Below, one piece after another: positions 46,750 through 56,302 of a stretch of 64,000 nucleotides of DNA. The stretch lies in IMG/VR virus record IMGVR_UViG_3300003320_000853; one strand, 5' to 3'. Positions within the stretch are counted from its first letter, which is position 1, and every line of letters begins with the position of its first letter. The notes under the pieces are model-generated. The model was not told where the DNA came from. It ran no database searches and was given only the letters and a program-made list of their open reading frames with translations. Position numbers and translations under genes: made by a program. This stretch comes from a virus. Its lineage: Duplodnaviria > Caudoviricetes.

Positions 46750-47913
46750 TTGGTGTTCACCCCTCTTGGGGTGCCTCTGCCGGCCCCGTCTTGCAGCAAT
46801 TTGCGGCACGATAAGGTGGTGTACCTCTTGGGGGTGCTCGCCACGACGCTCTCCCCCGAGGAGATCCTTCCCTGGACGAAGGATCCTAGAATCCCTCCAG
46901 CCGAAGCGCTCGCCCTCCACCTGTACTATGCCGCCGGCCGGAAGCAGGTAGAGATCGCGGAGTTCTTCGGGATGACGCAGGCTGCTGTCTCCTACCGCAT
47001 CCAGCGGGCATTGAGTCGGATCGAGTTCATCCTCTCCCTTCCGGAGGTCCAGGAGAAGGATCTTCGTCGGGATCTCCCGACGGTTCTTACCGATCCGGTC
47101 CATGTAGAGATCCTCGTAGGTGTCTGGAAAACGTCCTGCCAGAGTGCGGTAGCTGATCAGCTCGGGCTCAGCCAGGGGAAGGTGAGGCACCGCTTCTTCA
47201 AGGCCGTCAAGGTGCTCCAGACAACCCCCGGCATGGATCTGTACCGGCAGCTCTTCGAGCGCATCGGAGAGGGATGGAATATGTTCAGGGAGGTCAAGCT
47301 CCCACAATGGGATCGCCCCCTTCCCGGTGTACAGCTTGGGGAGAACCCCAACCCTCAAGGTACTATGCCCCCGCGTGCCAAACCCACGTCTCCGAGCGTG
47401 CCGATCCGCACCTTCGCTACGTTCGATCAGCGTATCCGGACCCTGTTGAAGGATGGGGAGGAGCGGACCGTCGACGCTCACTACGAGGCCCTCGACCTCA
47501 AGAACCACCCGTCGCTCTGGGCGACGGAAGAGATCACCAAGTTCGAGGACATCGTCGCCTCTCACAACTGGTGGACGCGGCACCACTGGAGGGTCTTCGA
47601 GCGGACGGCAGCTCTCTTCTCTAAGGACGAAATCAAGCAGATCGGTCTTCAGGCGGCGGGTCGGATCGCATCGCAGCCCGAGGAGAGGCGGACTTCGCTC
47701 AAGGAACGGGTGCTCGCATACACCAGTACCGAGGGCAAACCGGCGACGCCCCAGTATGTGACGCAGCTCATCCAGAAGATGCGGAAGAAGCCTCCGAGGA
47801 AGCGGGTCAGCGATCTGACTCGCAAGGAGGCCCTGGAGTACATCCGCGTCCTCCAGGCGCGGCTCCGGCGTGCGGGCATCTCTGTCCCGACCGTCAGGGA
47901 GACCTTCGCATGA
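46750..47913 (+). CDS. Sigma-region-4-like double-HTH protein fused in frame to a second module (ATG 47365)
   Basis: LYYAAGRKQVEIAEFFGMTQAAVSYRIQRA and QSAVADQLGLSQGKVRHRF; start uncertain. Confidence 0.6.
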   Translation: MVFTPLGVPLPAPSCSNLRHDKVVYLLGVLATTLSPEEILPWTKDPRIPPAEALALHLYYAAGRKQVEIAEFFGMTQAAVSYRIQRALSRIEFILSLPEVQEKDLRRDLPTVLTDPVHVEILVGVWKTSCQSAVADQLGLSQGKVRHRFFKAVKVLQTTPGMDLYRQLFERIGEGWNMFREVKLPQWDRPLPGVQLGENPNPQGTMPPRAKPTSPSVPIRTFATFDQRIRTLLKDGEERTVDAHYEALDLKNHPSLWATEEITKFEDIVASHNWWTRHHWRVFERTAALFSKDEIKQIGLQAAGRIASQPEERRTSLKERVLAYTSTEGKPATPQYVTQLIQKMRKKPPRKRVSDLTRKEALEYIRVLQARLRRAGISVPTVRETFA

Positions 47914-48713
47914 ACCTCATGTTCTACCGGGACCCGAGCAAGAGCTTCGTTCCGGAAGCGGCCAACAAGACCGAGTGTATTCTCCTCCACTTCGGTCTGA
48001 CGCGGGATCTGGCAGCTCGGTTCGGCTGTGATGTCAAGGATGTATTCGCGAAGGTAGAGGAGATGGTGGGCCTGTTCGACGAATACCAGAAGGGAGCCTC
48101 GCGGCCCCAGACGGCGGCGAAGCCCCAGACGGCTCCATCCGAGGGAAAGAAGTCGCGCCTCTCCAAAGAAGGTCGCGCACGGGCAACCGCGGGTCGTCAG
48201 GCGGTTGCCCGTGGAGATCGTCCCCCACTGAAACAGGCGATGATTGAGGTAATGGGATCGGACACGTGCAACCCGGCGATGGTAGTGGAGCGCCTTGCGT
48301 CCAAGGGGTGGACTCCCTCCGCCGGCAATCCCAAGACCTATGTGGGAGAGCAGCTCGCGAAGTGTCCGGATACGTTTCTCCGTCAGAATCGGGGGTTCTA
48401 TCAGGTGAACCCGGAGCTGATCGTCAAGGGAGCCCCCCTGGAGGCGGTGCCGACTTTCGACAGTATTTTCAGTGATGGCGCAGAGTTCGCCAAGAAAATG
48501 TTTTCTGTTCTGTATCGCCGTTCCGAGAGGGGTACACAGGCCAACGATCTCACGGAGGGTATGGGCCTGCATCGCACCGAGGATGCTCCTACCATTCGGT
48601 TGTATCTTCGGACGGCTGAGGGGGCGGGTCTGGTATATCGGGAACGGCGTAGTAACGCTATCTACTGGATTCTCCAGCCGGTCGGAAGGGTAATGGCGGA
48701 GATCGTAAGTTGA
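47910..48713 (+). CDS. Hypothetical protein with possible winged-helix domains
   Basis: ATGA overlap; PLKQAMIEVMG...RGFYQV. Confidence 0.55.
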   Translation: MNLMFYRDPSKSFVPEAANKTECILLHFGLTRDLAARFGCDVKDVFAKVEEMVGLFDEYQKGASRPQTAAKPQTAPSEGKKSRLSKEGRARATAGRQAVARGDRPPLKQAMIEVMGSDTCNPAMVVERLASKGWTPSAGNPKTYVGEQLAKCPDTFLRQNRGFYQVNPELIVKGAPLEAVPTFDSIFSDGAEFAKKMFSVLYRRSERGTQANDLTEGMGLHRTEDAPTIRLYLRTAEGAGLVYRERRSNAIYWILQPVGRVMAEIVS

Positions 48714-48731
48714 TGCGGCAGCCTGCCGGGC

Positions 48732-48742
48732 CGGTGTAAGAT
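48732..48742 (+). promoter_or_regulatory. Early-type leaderless promoter CGGTG-TAAGAT
   Basis: -10 hexamer starts 13 nt before ATG 48750. Confidence 0.6.
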
Positions 48743-48749
48743 CCCCAGA

Positions 48750-49202
48750 ATGGCGAAGCTCGGCCCCATCTCCTACCAGGACGTTCTGGTCCGCTACCCT
48801 GAACAGGTGACGGATCTGCTCGCTCGGCTGCGTACCGGACGGAGCGTCCAGAAGCATGCCGAACCCGAGAGGGTCTCCTGGTACTTCGAGTGGGCGATCC
48901 TCATCGACCCGAGCATGCTGGCCAGCACGGCGGAGGTCGAGGCACAGGTGGCCGACCGCGTCGAACGTACCCGGGTTTCGATCTACGCGACTGTCGGGAA
49001 GTGGTGGGGCATGTCGGGGCCGATCCCTGTGCCGCCCGAGCTGGTGGAGTACCACCGCGGGAAGGTCGAGGAAGAAAAAGCTCGGAGGATTCAGGTCATG
49101 GCCATGACCCCCGAGGAGCGCCAGGCGGAGATCGACCAGCTCGTCGGCAAGCTGGCTGACAAGCCAGGCTTCATGGCCCTCTACGTCCCGGGATCGAAGT
49201 AG
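48750..49202 (+). CDS. Hypothetical protein (150 aa)
   Basis: Promoter motif; codon bias. Confidence 0.6.
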   Translation: MAKLGPISYQDVLVRYPEQVTDLLARLRTGRSVQKHAEPERVSWYFEWAILIDPSMLASTAEVEAQVADRVERTRVSIYATVGKWWGMSGPIPVPPELVEYHRGKVEEEKARRIQVMAMTPEERQAEIDQLVGKLADKPGFMALYVPGSK

Positions 49203-49204
49203 TC

Positions 49205-49501
49205 ATGGGCTACGCCGAGAGAGAGGCCGCCTACCGGGCGACCCTGGGGCCCGAGGAGCTTGCCCACTATGACGCGTACCAGGCCGAGGTTGAGCGCCAG
49301 GAGGCCGAGTTCAAGGCGAAGATGTCGCCCGAGGAGCTCGCCGGCTACCTTGCTTGGTGCGAGGCGCTCGATCGTCTGGATGCTGCGTGGGCTGGGGAGG
49401 CTGACGTCGACGCGAGCTTGTGCAACAAGCCGGTGGACGGGGGCCGGTGTCTGCTCTGGCGGAAGCACCAGGGGGACTGTGCGCGCTACATGGGACCGTA
49501 G
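49205..49501 (+). CDS. Hypothetical protein with C-terminal C...CxxxxxHxGxC motif
   Basis: Adjacent ORF; codon bias. Confidence 0.55.
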   Translation: MGYAEREAAYRATLGPEELAHYDAYQAEVERQEAEFKAKMSPEELAGYLAWCEALDRLDAAWAGEADVDASLCNKPVDGGRCLLWRKHQGDCARYMGP

Positions 49502-49533
49502 AGGTTGATCGGGGCCTACCTGGAGATGTAGAA

Positions 49534-49547
49534 GAGTTCTCTTATCC
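49534..49547 (+). promoter_or_regulatory. Putative late promoter GAGTTCTCTTATCC
   Basis: Matches 41579/58877; upstream of the helicase. Confidence 0.6.
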
Positions 49548-49559
49548 CAGAGGATCACC

Positions 49560-52500
49560 GTGGAGCCCACCCTGAGCTACGACCGCCGCTACATCCCCAT
49601 CCTCGCCGTCGAAGAGGACGAGATCGACAAGGAATTCGGCGAGCTTCAGATCGCCGAGTACATCGTCTTCCTGCTCGCCTTGGACACGTACATGCGGTAC
49701 CGGGAGGAGGCGGGCATCGGAGACGACGACGAGACGGTCAAGGGGCTCCGGCTCCTCCGGACGGCAGATACCCTCCACGGGGAGGCGATCTCGACCTTCA
49801 TGAAAGCCCATCTTCCGTCGGAGACGCACCGGAAGATGCTCGACAAGGCGCTCCGTCTCCGGCCGACAAAGGATGGAGCGAGCCGTCGGGCCCTCCAGAT
49901 CCGGACGCTTCTCTCCCGGGGTGGCGCGGCGACGATGAGGGCTGTGTTCTCGACGAACAAGGCGCTCAACGAGGTGCGGACAGCCATCGCGGCGGCGATG
50001 ATCGACGACGCCGACAAGGCGCTCGACAAGTTCGCAGTCATCCCCGTCAAGAACATCAAGATCCGGGATTGGATCGACCTCGCGGCGAAGCTTGCCGGAA
50101 CGGGCGCTTCGCCCCCTCCGGTCGCGGCTTCGGCGCAGACGGGCGGGATCATCGACGGTGCCAAGGCCATCGTCGAGGCGCGCATGAAGGTCGAGGCGGC
50201 TCCGCCGGCCTCGGACGAGGCCACTCATGCGACGGCCCACCACGAGGCTCTCGTCAGCAAGGTTCAGCACGACGCAACGGAAGGCGCCAAGCGGGCCCTG
50301 GCGGCGGCCGGCGAGCCGGATGGGCCTGTGACTCGTTCGGCGGCCGTTGGCATCGCACAGGCCGCCGTGGCGGCGGCGATGGCCGACCCCGAGGATGACC
50401 GGAATGTGCCCGAGCCGCTCCGGCATCTCGACCCCGAGCAGCGGGGTGCGGCGCTCACGGACGGGAAGGTTCTCGTGGCGGCCGGCGCCGGAGGCGGCAA
50501 GTCGACGACGCTCGTCGCCCGGATCTCGTACTTGATCAAGGATCGCGGGGTGCGGCCGAGCCGCGTCCTCGCCTGCTCGTTCAACCGGAAGGCAGCGAAC
50601 GAGTTGAGGGACAAGATCGCCAAGAAGTGTGGCGAGGCCGAGATGAAGCAGATGTCGGTCGGCACGATGCACAGCCTCTTCATGAGGTTCATCACCGGCG
50701 ACCGCTCGGCCAACATTCCCGCGTTTGGCACGCGGGAGGAGCAGATGCTCTTCAACGAGGAGCGGCTCATCGCCGATGCCGAGCCAGGCCAGCGGGGCAA
50801 GCGTGGCCCGAAGCCCATCAACCACACGATGGCCATCCGCGGCGTGTGGAACGACTGTGGCGCGGTGGCGCTGGGCTCGTTCTACAAGGTGCAGCCGAAG
50901 CTTCTGGAGGAGCCTCCGAAGGCGAAGAAGGTCGGGACGCTCATCAACCAGTGGAAGGGCAACGACGTGAGCCCGACCCAGGCGCTCGCGAATGCTCGCT
51001 CGAAGAACGAGATCCAGGCGGCCATCTGGTACCACATCGGCGCGGGCCTCAAGGGTGACGTCCCTGGCTGGCGTCCCCCGTGCGGGAACAGCAAGGCCGC
51101 CGACAAATGGATGCGGGACTTCCGCCCGGGTGGGGAACGGCTCGGCGATCTCGACGACATGCTCCGCGTGATGCGGGACATCCTTCAGCGCGACCAGCGG
51201 GCCCGCACCCTGATCCAGGGGATGTACGACCACATCCTCGTCGACGAGTGCCAGGATCTCAACACGATCCAGCATCAGGTCTTCGACTACATGTCCCAGC
51301 ACATCACGGATGGCTCGGACGGCAAGTCGCTCTGGATGGTCGGCGATGACAAGCAGGCCATCTACCAGTTCCGCGGGGCGCGGCCGGATCTCTTCACGGC
51401 GCTGAACGGCAAGCCCGGGTGGAAGACCCGGATGATCCGCACGAACTACAGGTGCGAGCCCGAGATCGTCGAGGCGGCCAACCGGCTCGTTGCGCACAAC
51501 TCGAACCTGATCCCCATGGAGGCTCGTCCGAGTCCCAAGAAGGCTCGGGGGGAGGGCAGCATCGAGGTGCAGGTTCCGGACGACAACGCCGAGGGCGCGA
51601 TCATGACCCTCAACCGGATCACGAAGGAGCTGGCTGCGAACCCTTCCGCCGATCCGAAGGACTACGCTGTCCTCTCCCGGACGAACGCCGAGCTCAACGA
51701 CTTCGAGACGGCGTGCATCGTCGCGGGCATCCCCTACACCCGGGTCGGCGGGACGAGCTTCCTGGAGGCACCCGAGTCGAAGGTCGTTCTCGGCTACCTC
51801 GATCTCGCGGGCGGGAACAACTTCGAAAGGATGCAGACCTCGCTCGTCATGGCGCTCACGAAGCCCGACCGCGGGCTCTTCATGGGGCCGGACAAGGTCG
51901 CCGAGATCGTCAAGGAGACCCTCGGAGACATCGCTCGGAGCGAGGGCGAGGATGTCAAGAATCTCAACCCCTACGAGGTCATCACCAAGTCGGGGATGGC
52001 CCGGCAGCTCGCGGAAGCCCTCAAGAAGCCCTACAAGAACAAGCTGATGGAGAAGGGCCAGTGGCTCTGGAACAAGGCTGTTCAGGAGCTGACAGACACC
52101 ATCCTGGAGATGGGGCGCCAGGTCGCCCAGATTCGTAGGTTGGTCCAGGGGCCCACGGGCGCACCCATCGAGGATGTCTTCGCGTTCATCCTCGACAACG
52201 TCACGGCGACGACGGGCTACTACGATCGTCGGACGGGGGTCGACTCCCGCAAGACCGTCAAGCTCCGGGACCAGATCGCGAACGACATGTCGCTCTTCTC
52301 GGACGACGAGGACGAGGAGGAGCCGGAGGCCGAAGAAAAGCCGGTCGTCGACGAATCTGGCAACCTCGTGAACCCCGAGGAGAAGAAGCCCGAGAACCCC
52401 GCCAAGGGTCTCGGCGCTGTCCAGTTCCTCTACATGCTCGCGCAGCCGAACGACATGGACCACGAGACGGGCAACGACCCGTCGACGGCACAGGGGTTCC

Positions 52501-53030
52501 TCCGCAAGCTCGACAAGTACACGGAGAAGTCCAAGACGTTGAGGGTCGATCTCAAGAAGTGGGCGGCCGATCAGCGGGCGCTTCCTCCGGAGCAGCGGCA
52601 GGATCGGCCCCGCTGCATGGTGCTCTCCACGGTGCACAGCGTGAAGGGTGCCGAGTGGCCCAACTGCTTCGTGCTCATGCCCCAGGGCAAGTTCCCGATC
52701 GAAAAGAGGCAGAAGCCGGACGACCCGCCGCCGGATCCGGTCGAGGAGCAGAAGAATCTGGAGGCCGAGCGCAACCTGGCCTATGTGGCTCTCACCCGGG
52801 CCGCGAAGAACCTCACGGTCGTCTGCCCGAAGGCAAACGGGAAGGGCGGGCCCTCTCGCTTCGTGTGGGAGGCGGGGCTCAAGCCGGGGGAGAACGTGCC
52901 GAAGGTCGTCGGCACGGAGCCTGTCGCCGCGCCCGAGCCGAAGCTCGCCGCCGAGTTCGATGCCGATGTGGAGGAGTTCATGAGCTTCTCGGACGACTCT
53001 GATGTGACCTATGACCGGAGGGCGGTCTGA
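49560..53030 (+). CDS. UvrD/PcrA-family SF1 DNA helicase with ~280-aa N-terminal extension
   Basis: AGAGGGKST, SFNRKAA, GTMHS, VDECQD, VGDDKQAIYQFRGA, TNYRC, LSRTN, STVHSVKGAEW, ERNLAYVALTRA. Confidence 0.92.
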   Translation: MEPTLSYDRRYIPILAVEEDEIDKEFGELQIAEYIVFLLALDTYMRYREEAGIGDDDETVKGLRLLRTADTLHGEAISTFMKAHLPSETHRKMLDKALRLRPTKDGASRRALQIRTLLSRGGAATMRAVFSTNKALNEVRTAIAAAMIDDADKALDKFAVIPVKNIKIRDWIDLAAKLAGTGASPPPVAASAQTGGIIDGAKAIVEARMKVEAAPPASDEATHATAHHEALVSKVQHDATEGAKRALAAAGEPDGPVTRSAAVGIAQAAVAAAMADPEDDRNVPEPLRHLDPEQRGAALTDGKVLVAAGAGGGKSTTLVARISYLIKDRGVRPSRVLACSFNRKAANELRDKIAKKCGEAEMKQMSVGTMHSLFMRFITGDRSANIPAFGTREEQMLFNEERLIADAEPGQRGKRGPKPINHTMAIRGVWNDCGAVALGSFYKVQPKLLEEPPKAKKVGTLINQWKGNDVSPTQALANARSKNEIQAAIWYHIGAGLKGDVPGWRPPCGNSKAADKWMRDFRPGGERLGDLDDMLRVMRDILQRDQRARTLIQGMYDHILVDECQDLNTIQHQVFDYMSQHITDGSDGKSLWMVGDDKQAIYQFRGARPDLFTALNGKPGWKTRMIRTNYRCEPEIVEAANRLVAHNSNLIPMEARPSPKKARGEGSIEVQVPDDNAEGAIMTLNRITKELAANPSADPKDYAVLSRTNAELNDFETACIVAGIPYTRVGGTSFLEAPESKVVLGYLDLAGGNNFERMQTSLVMALTKPDRGLFMGPDKVAEIVKETLGDIARSEGEDVKNLNPYEVITKSGMARQLAEALKKPYKNKLMEKGQWLWNKAVQELTDTILEMGRQVAQIRRLVQGPTGAPIEDVFAFILDNVTATTGYYDRRTGVDSRKTVKLRDQIANDMSLFSDDEDEEEPEAEEKPVVDESGNLVNPEEKKPENPAKGLGAVQFLYMLAQPNDMDHETGNDPSTAQGFLRKLDKYTEKSKTLRVDLKKWAADQRALPPEQRQDRPRCMVLSTVHSVKGAEWPNCFVLMPQGKFPIEKRQKPDDPPPDPVEEQKNLEAERNLAYVALTRAAKNLTVVCPKANGKGGPSRFVWEAGLKPGENVPKVVGTEPVAAPEPKLAAEFDADVEEFMSFSDDSDVTYDRRAV

Positions 53031-53422
53031 TGGCCGGCGCGACGTTCACCCAGATCACCCTCCGCGATATGGACAGCTACCTCAAGAGGGCCTTCCGGGC
53101 GCTCAAGCCGCGGGCCTCCGTCGTTCGCGGGGAAATCGCCTACGACCTCTTTCTCAACGAGACGCACACGATCGGCGTCCGGGTTTTCACCTCGATCGGA
53201 CAGGGTCGGGAGCAGGCAGCCGAGCAGGGAGCCGACGCGATCCGGGTCGGGTTCTTCAACTACGCCGGCAACCACCCGCTGATCTCGGGCAAATTCCCGA
53301 TCGTGAAGCGCACCCAGGGGTGGCGCGACTCCCTCAAGGATCGCATCGAGGACTTCATGGAGATGTACGAGGAGAAAGAGGACTACTGGGAGTCCCGCGC
53401 CGGCAACAACTACGCCCGCTAG
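53030..53422 (+). CDS. Hypothetical protein (130 aa)
   Basis: TGATG coupling; GADAIRV...VKRTQGWR. Confidence 0.65.
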   Translation: MAGATFTQITLRDMDSYLKRAFRALKPRASVVRGEIAYDLFLNETHTIGVRVFTSIGQGREQAAEQGADAIRVGFFNYAGNHPLISGKFPIVKRTQGWRDSLKDRIEDFMEMYEEKEDYWESRAGNNYAR

Positions 53423-53430
53423 TCGCTAGT

Positions 53431-53437
53431 CGGTGTA
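53431..53437 (+). promoter_or_regulatory. Early-type leaderless promoter CGGTGTA
   Basis: TA 13 nt before ATG 53449. Confidence 0.55.
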
Positions 53438-53448
53438 TTTGCCAGCCC

Positions 53449-53784
53449 ATGAAGACGATCGATATCGTTCTCCGAAACCTCCTCAAGCAGACGGGCACAT
53501 TGCCCGTGAACTGGCAGGACCCTTTCGCGAACCTGGCCCGCGAGTACCTCGCGGTGATCGGCGTGCTCCGGGAGCAAGGCGTGGAACAACTTCCTTGGAG
53601 GATCTACCGAGAGATCCAGATTGGGATGTTCGCCATGACCCTCGTGCTCAACGGCGGCCTGGAGACCGTTCCCAATCCGGAAAGCTTCCGACGGAGCTTC
53701 ATCGCGGCTATCAGTGAGATTCGCGCCACGATGAAGCTCCACGAAGAGGCACGGCAGCGCCGGCTCGGGCTTCTACAGGCTTGA
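53449..53784 (+). CDS. Hypothetical protein (111 aa)
   Basis: Promoter motif; codon bias. Confidence 0.55.
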   Translation: MKTIDIVLRNLLKQTGTLPVNWQDPFANLAREYLAVIGVLREQGVEQLPWRIYREIQIGMFAMTLVLNGGLETVPNPESFRRSFIAAISEIRATMKLHEEARQRRLGLLQA

Positions 53785-54963
53785 GCGCCAGGCGCCGAAG
53801 GCGTTGACGGCCGTGCCGAGGAGATCGCCCCGGAGGCAGAGCTCGTCGCAGAGCATAAACCTGCGGTAGCCCACGTCGTAGAGCCACTGCAACTCCATGA
53901 AGTCGGCGCAGCTCGGGACGGGGTTCACGATGTTCTTCGTCGTGCTGAGGAGCGCCTTGACGGGCGGCTGGACGCCTCCCACGCGCCCCGTGTAGGGGGA
54001 GGTGACGGCCTTTTCCTCCACCCGCTGGGGCATGTAGAAGACGTTCCCGTCCTCGTCCTCGTACCTGTAGAGGGCCGTCTGCTCCTTCTCGATGACCGAG
54101 AGGAGGAGGCGGCTCGCGGCGCACGCGAAGGGATCCTTGTCCACGATGAGCCGGAGCGCCTTGCTCATCATGTGTGGTTTCTGGATCTCGACGTAGAGGT
54201 CACCGCGGGCCGCGACGAGGGTCGTCCGGTCGTCCTTGGTGAAGTCCTCCGCGACGTACCGGAGCCCTCTTTCGTTCTCGATCTTGAGCCACACGTCGGC
54301 ATCCTTGCCGACCAGCTCGCGGAACTCATCCACGTCGCTCTGCTCCTCGACGTAGGAGAGGAACCATTTGGTGAAGCCCGCGGCCCGCACCTTGGCGATC
54401 TTCTCGCGCTCCGCCTCGGTGAATGGGTTGCCGAGGATCTTGTGGGGCGCCCGGATGCAGAGCGACTCGCCTGCCTTCACCTGGAAGGTCGGGTTCCGGC
54501 CGAAGATGAGGCGCCGTCCGTCCTCCTCCGTGTGGTCCAGCACGGCCACGTCCATGCCGCCCTTGAAGATGATGGGCGCTCCCGGGGCCACTTCGACGGG
54601 ATGGTTCATCCGGATGTCGAGGTGGTCGTTATTGGGGATGACCTCGACGACCCGAGGCTGACGGCTCTTGATGTCGTAGAAGAGCGGCGCTGAGCCGGCC
54701 GGGAGCCCGGCGACGATGTCCAGCTCCTTGTCCAGCTCGGGACAGGTCATCATCGCCGAGTTCAGGCGAATGCCCGTGATCCGCTTGTCCGCCACGAACT
54801 TCCCGAAGTGGGGGAAACTCGGCCACAGGGTTACGAGGAGCTCGATGTCGGTCATGGCCTTCTCCTGGCGCCTCTGCCGGCGCCATTCCTCCGCCTGCTT
54901 GAAGATGTCTTGTGGCGCCGGGGCAAGCTGCCTGGGCCGTTTGAGGAAGTCGAAGAGGCCCAT
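53773..54963 (-). CDS. Divergent pyruvate-kinase-like protein (A barrel plus B domain, no C domain)
   Basis: LLVTLWP, GIRLN, DIKSRQPR, LSYVE, WLKIENERGL, VAARGDLYVEI, FMLCDE. Confidence 0.75.
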   Translation of the reverse strand: MGLFDFLKRPRQLAPAPQDIFKQAEEWRRQRRQEKAMTDIELLVTLWPSFPHFGKFVADKRITGIRLNSAMMTCPELDKELDIVAGLPAGSAPLFYDIKSRQPRVVEVIPNNDHLDIRMNHPVEVAPGAPIIFKGGMDVAVLDHTEEDGRRLIFGRNPTFQVKAGESLCIRAPHKILGNPFTEAEREKIAKVRAAGFTKWFLSYVEEQSDVDEFRELVGKDADVWLKIENERGLRYVAEDFTKDDRTTLVAARGDLYVEIQKPHMMSKALRLIVDKDPFACAASRLLLSVIEKEQTALYRYEDEDGNVFYMPQRVEEKAVTSPYTGRVGGVQPPVKALLSTTKNIVNPVPSCADFMELQWLYDVGYRRFMLCDELCLRGDLLGTAVNAFGAWRSSL

Positions 54964-54966
54964 GGC

Positions 54967-56004
54967 CTACTTCTTGGAGCCGGGTTTGGAGGGGGGCTTG
55001 GCCGGCTTGGGATCGACGTCCTCCCAGTAGTCGACGAGGTCGGTGCTCTTGGGGGCGAGGAGATGCCTCGACTTCTTCGCGTCTCCGGGCAGCATCATGC
55101 GGCTCTTGCCGCTGCCAGCCGCGTCGAGGAAGTGCTCGGTCTTGAGCGAGCGGAAGACCACCGCGCACTGCGCCTCCGTCTGCCGGCCCTCCATCTCCGT
55201 CTTGAAGTACCCGAGGCGGCCGGTCTCCTGGGCGAGGCACCCGAAGATCACGTCCACGACGCGCTCCGGATCGTCGAGGTTCTTCACGTGGTCGGCGCCG
55301 AGATAGTCCTCCCACTGCTTCTGGATGTTGGCCTCCTGCGAGTCGCCGTACTCCTTGCGGATGATGTAGACGGCGAACTTGTCCACCAGCTCGCGCATGA
55401 TCTCGTCCGTGGGGATCCTCGTCCGGCGGCCGACGTCGATGTGGACGTCCTTGGCCTTCGACGCGAGCACCTCGGAATGGAGCCCTTCGTCGCCCACGAA
55501 GATGATGATCGGCTTCTCGGCGACGGCGTTCGGCGTCCTCACGTTCTGGTTGCAGTAGAGCGCGGCCATCTCGTACGACTCCATCTTGTCGCCGCCCCCT
55601 CCGCCCTCGATCTTCAGCTCCTTGAGATGATTCACGAGCGCCAGGCCGGACGCGAAGGGACGCACCTGGAGGTAGAACTTGTCCCCCATGTGGTCGTCGC
55701 CCACGGCGAAGAAGCTGATCTGCATGTCGGTGCCGAGGTACCAGGGGCACTCCTTGTCGAGGTAGGGCAGCTTGCCGAACCCGACCGCGGGCCACTGTCC
55801 CATGCTCCCGGTCACGTCGAAGATGATGATGAGCGGGCGCTGGGCCATGCTCTCGATGAAGGGCGGAACGAGGGAGGACACCTCGACGCCCGTTTGGACG
55901 GCCTCCTGGTAGCCGCGCCCCGCGTCGGCCGTGTAGGTTGCCTGCGCGTCCTTGAAGCTGTAGCCCCGCCAATCTCCCGGATCGTAGTCGGCTGACTCGG
56001 CCAT
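54967..56004 (-). CDS. von Willebrand factor A (vWA) domain protein
   Basis: MIDAS DVTGSM, GGGGD..ESYE, IFVGDE; AAGGAG RBS; CGGTGTA upstream at 56027-56033. Confidence 0.85.
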   Translation of the reverse strand: MAESADYDPGDWRGYSFKDAQATYTADAGRGYQEAVQTGVEVSSLVPPFIESMAQRPLIIIFDVTGSMGQWPAVGFGKLPYLDKECPWYLGTDMQISFFAVGDDHMGDKFYLQVRPFASGLALVNHLKELKIEGGGGGDKMESYEMAALYCNQNVRTPNAVAEKPIIIFVGDEGLHSEVLASKAKDVHIDVGRRTRIPTDEIMRELVDKFAVYIIRKEYGDSQEANIQKQWEDYLGADHVKNLDDPERVVDVIFGCLAQETGRLGYFKTEMEGRQTEAQCAVVFRSLKTEHFLDAAGSGKSRMMLPGDAKKSRHLLAPKSTDLVDYWEDVDPKPAKPPSKPGSKK

Positions 56005-56053
56005 GATTCGTTCTCCTTGTCTCTCTTACACCGTTCTGGGGGATGTTTTGGGA

Positions 56054-56302
56054 TCATTCGTTCCAGCGGTTCAGGCTGACGCATGACCCATCTCCCATCC
56101 AGTCGTGAAGGATGAAACCTCCGGTTGTGATCCATGTGCGGCCGGAGGCATCCAGGGGCTCGAATTCCAGGTCGGTCATCCCTGACAGCTCGCCTGGAAT
56201 CTTACCGTCCAGGATCACAGCTTTGGGAGCCGTGGGGTTGGGATCCGTGATGCGGATCCTGAATTCGTCGGCTTCGACGATCATATCCTTCTGGAGAGTC
56301 AT
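56054..56302 (-). CDS. Hypothetical protein (82 aa)
   Basis: ATGA overlap with the upstream small ORF. Confidence 0.45.
   Translation of the reverse strand: MTLQKDMIVEADEFRIRITDPNPTAPKAVILDGKIPGELSGMTDLEFEPLDASGRTWITTGGFILHDWMGDGSCVSLNRWNE

Noticed and set aside
49542-52637. 1031-aa antisense ORF, and other long minus ORFs such as 41066-43663, 2963-4660 and 34431-36164
   Set aside because: These are shadow frames of GC3-biased genes, with no motifs or start signals.
49560-53030. Intein in the helicase or other long genes
   Set aside because: No C/S...HN-C/S/T splice junctions or LAGLIDADG motifs were recognised.
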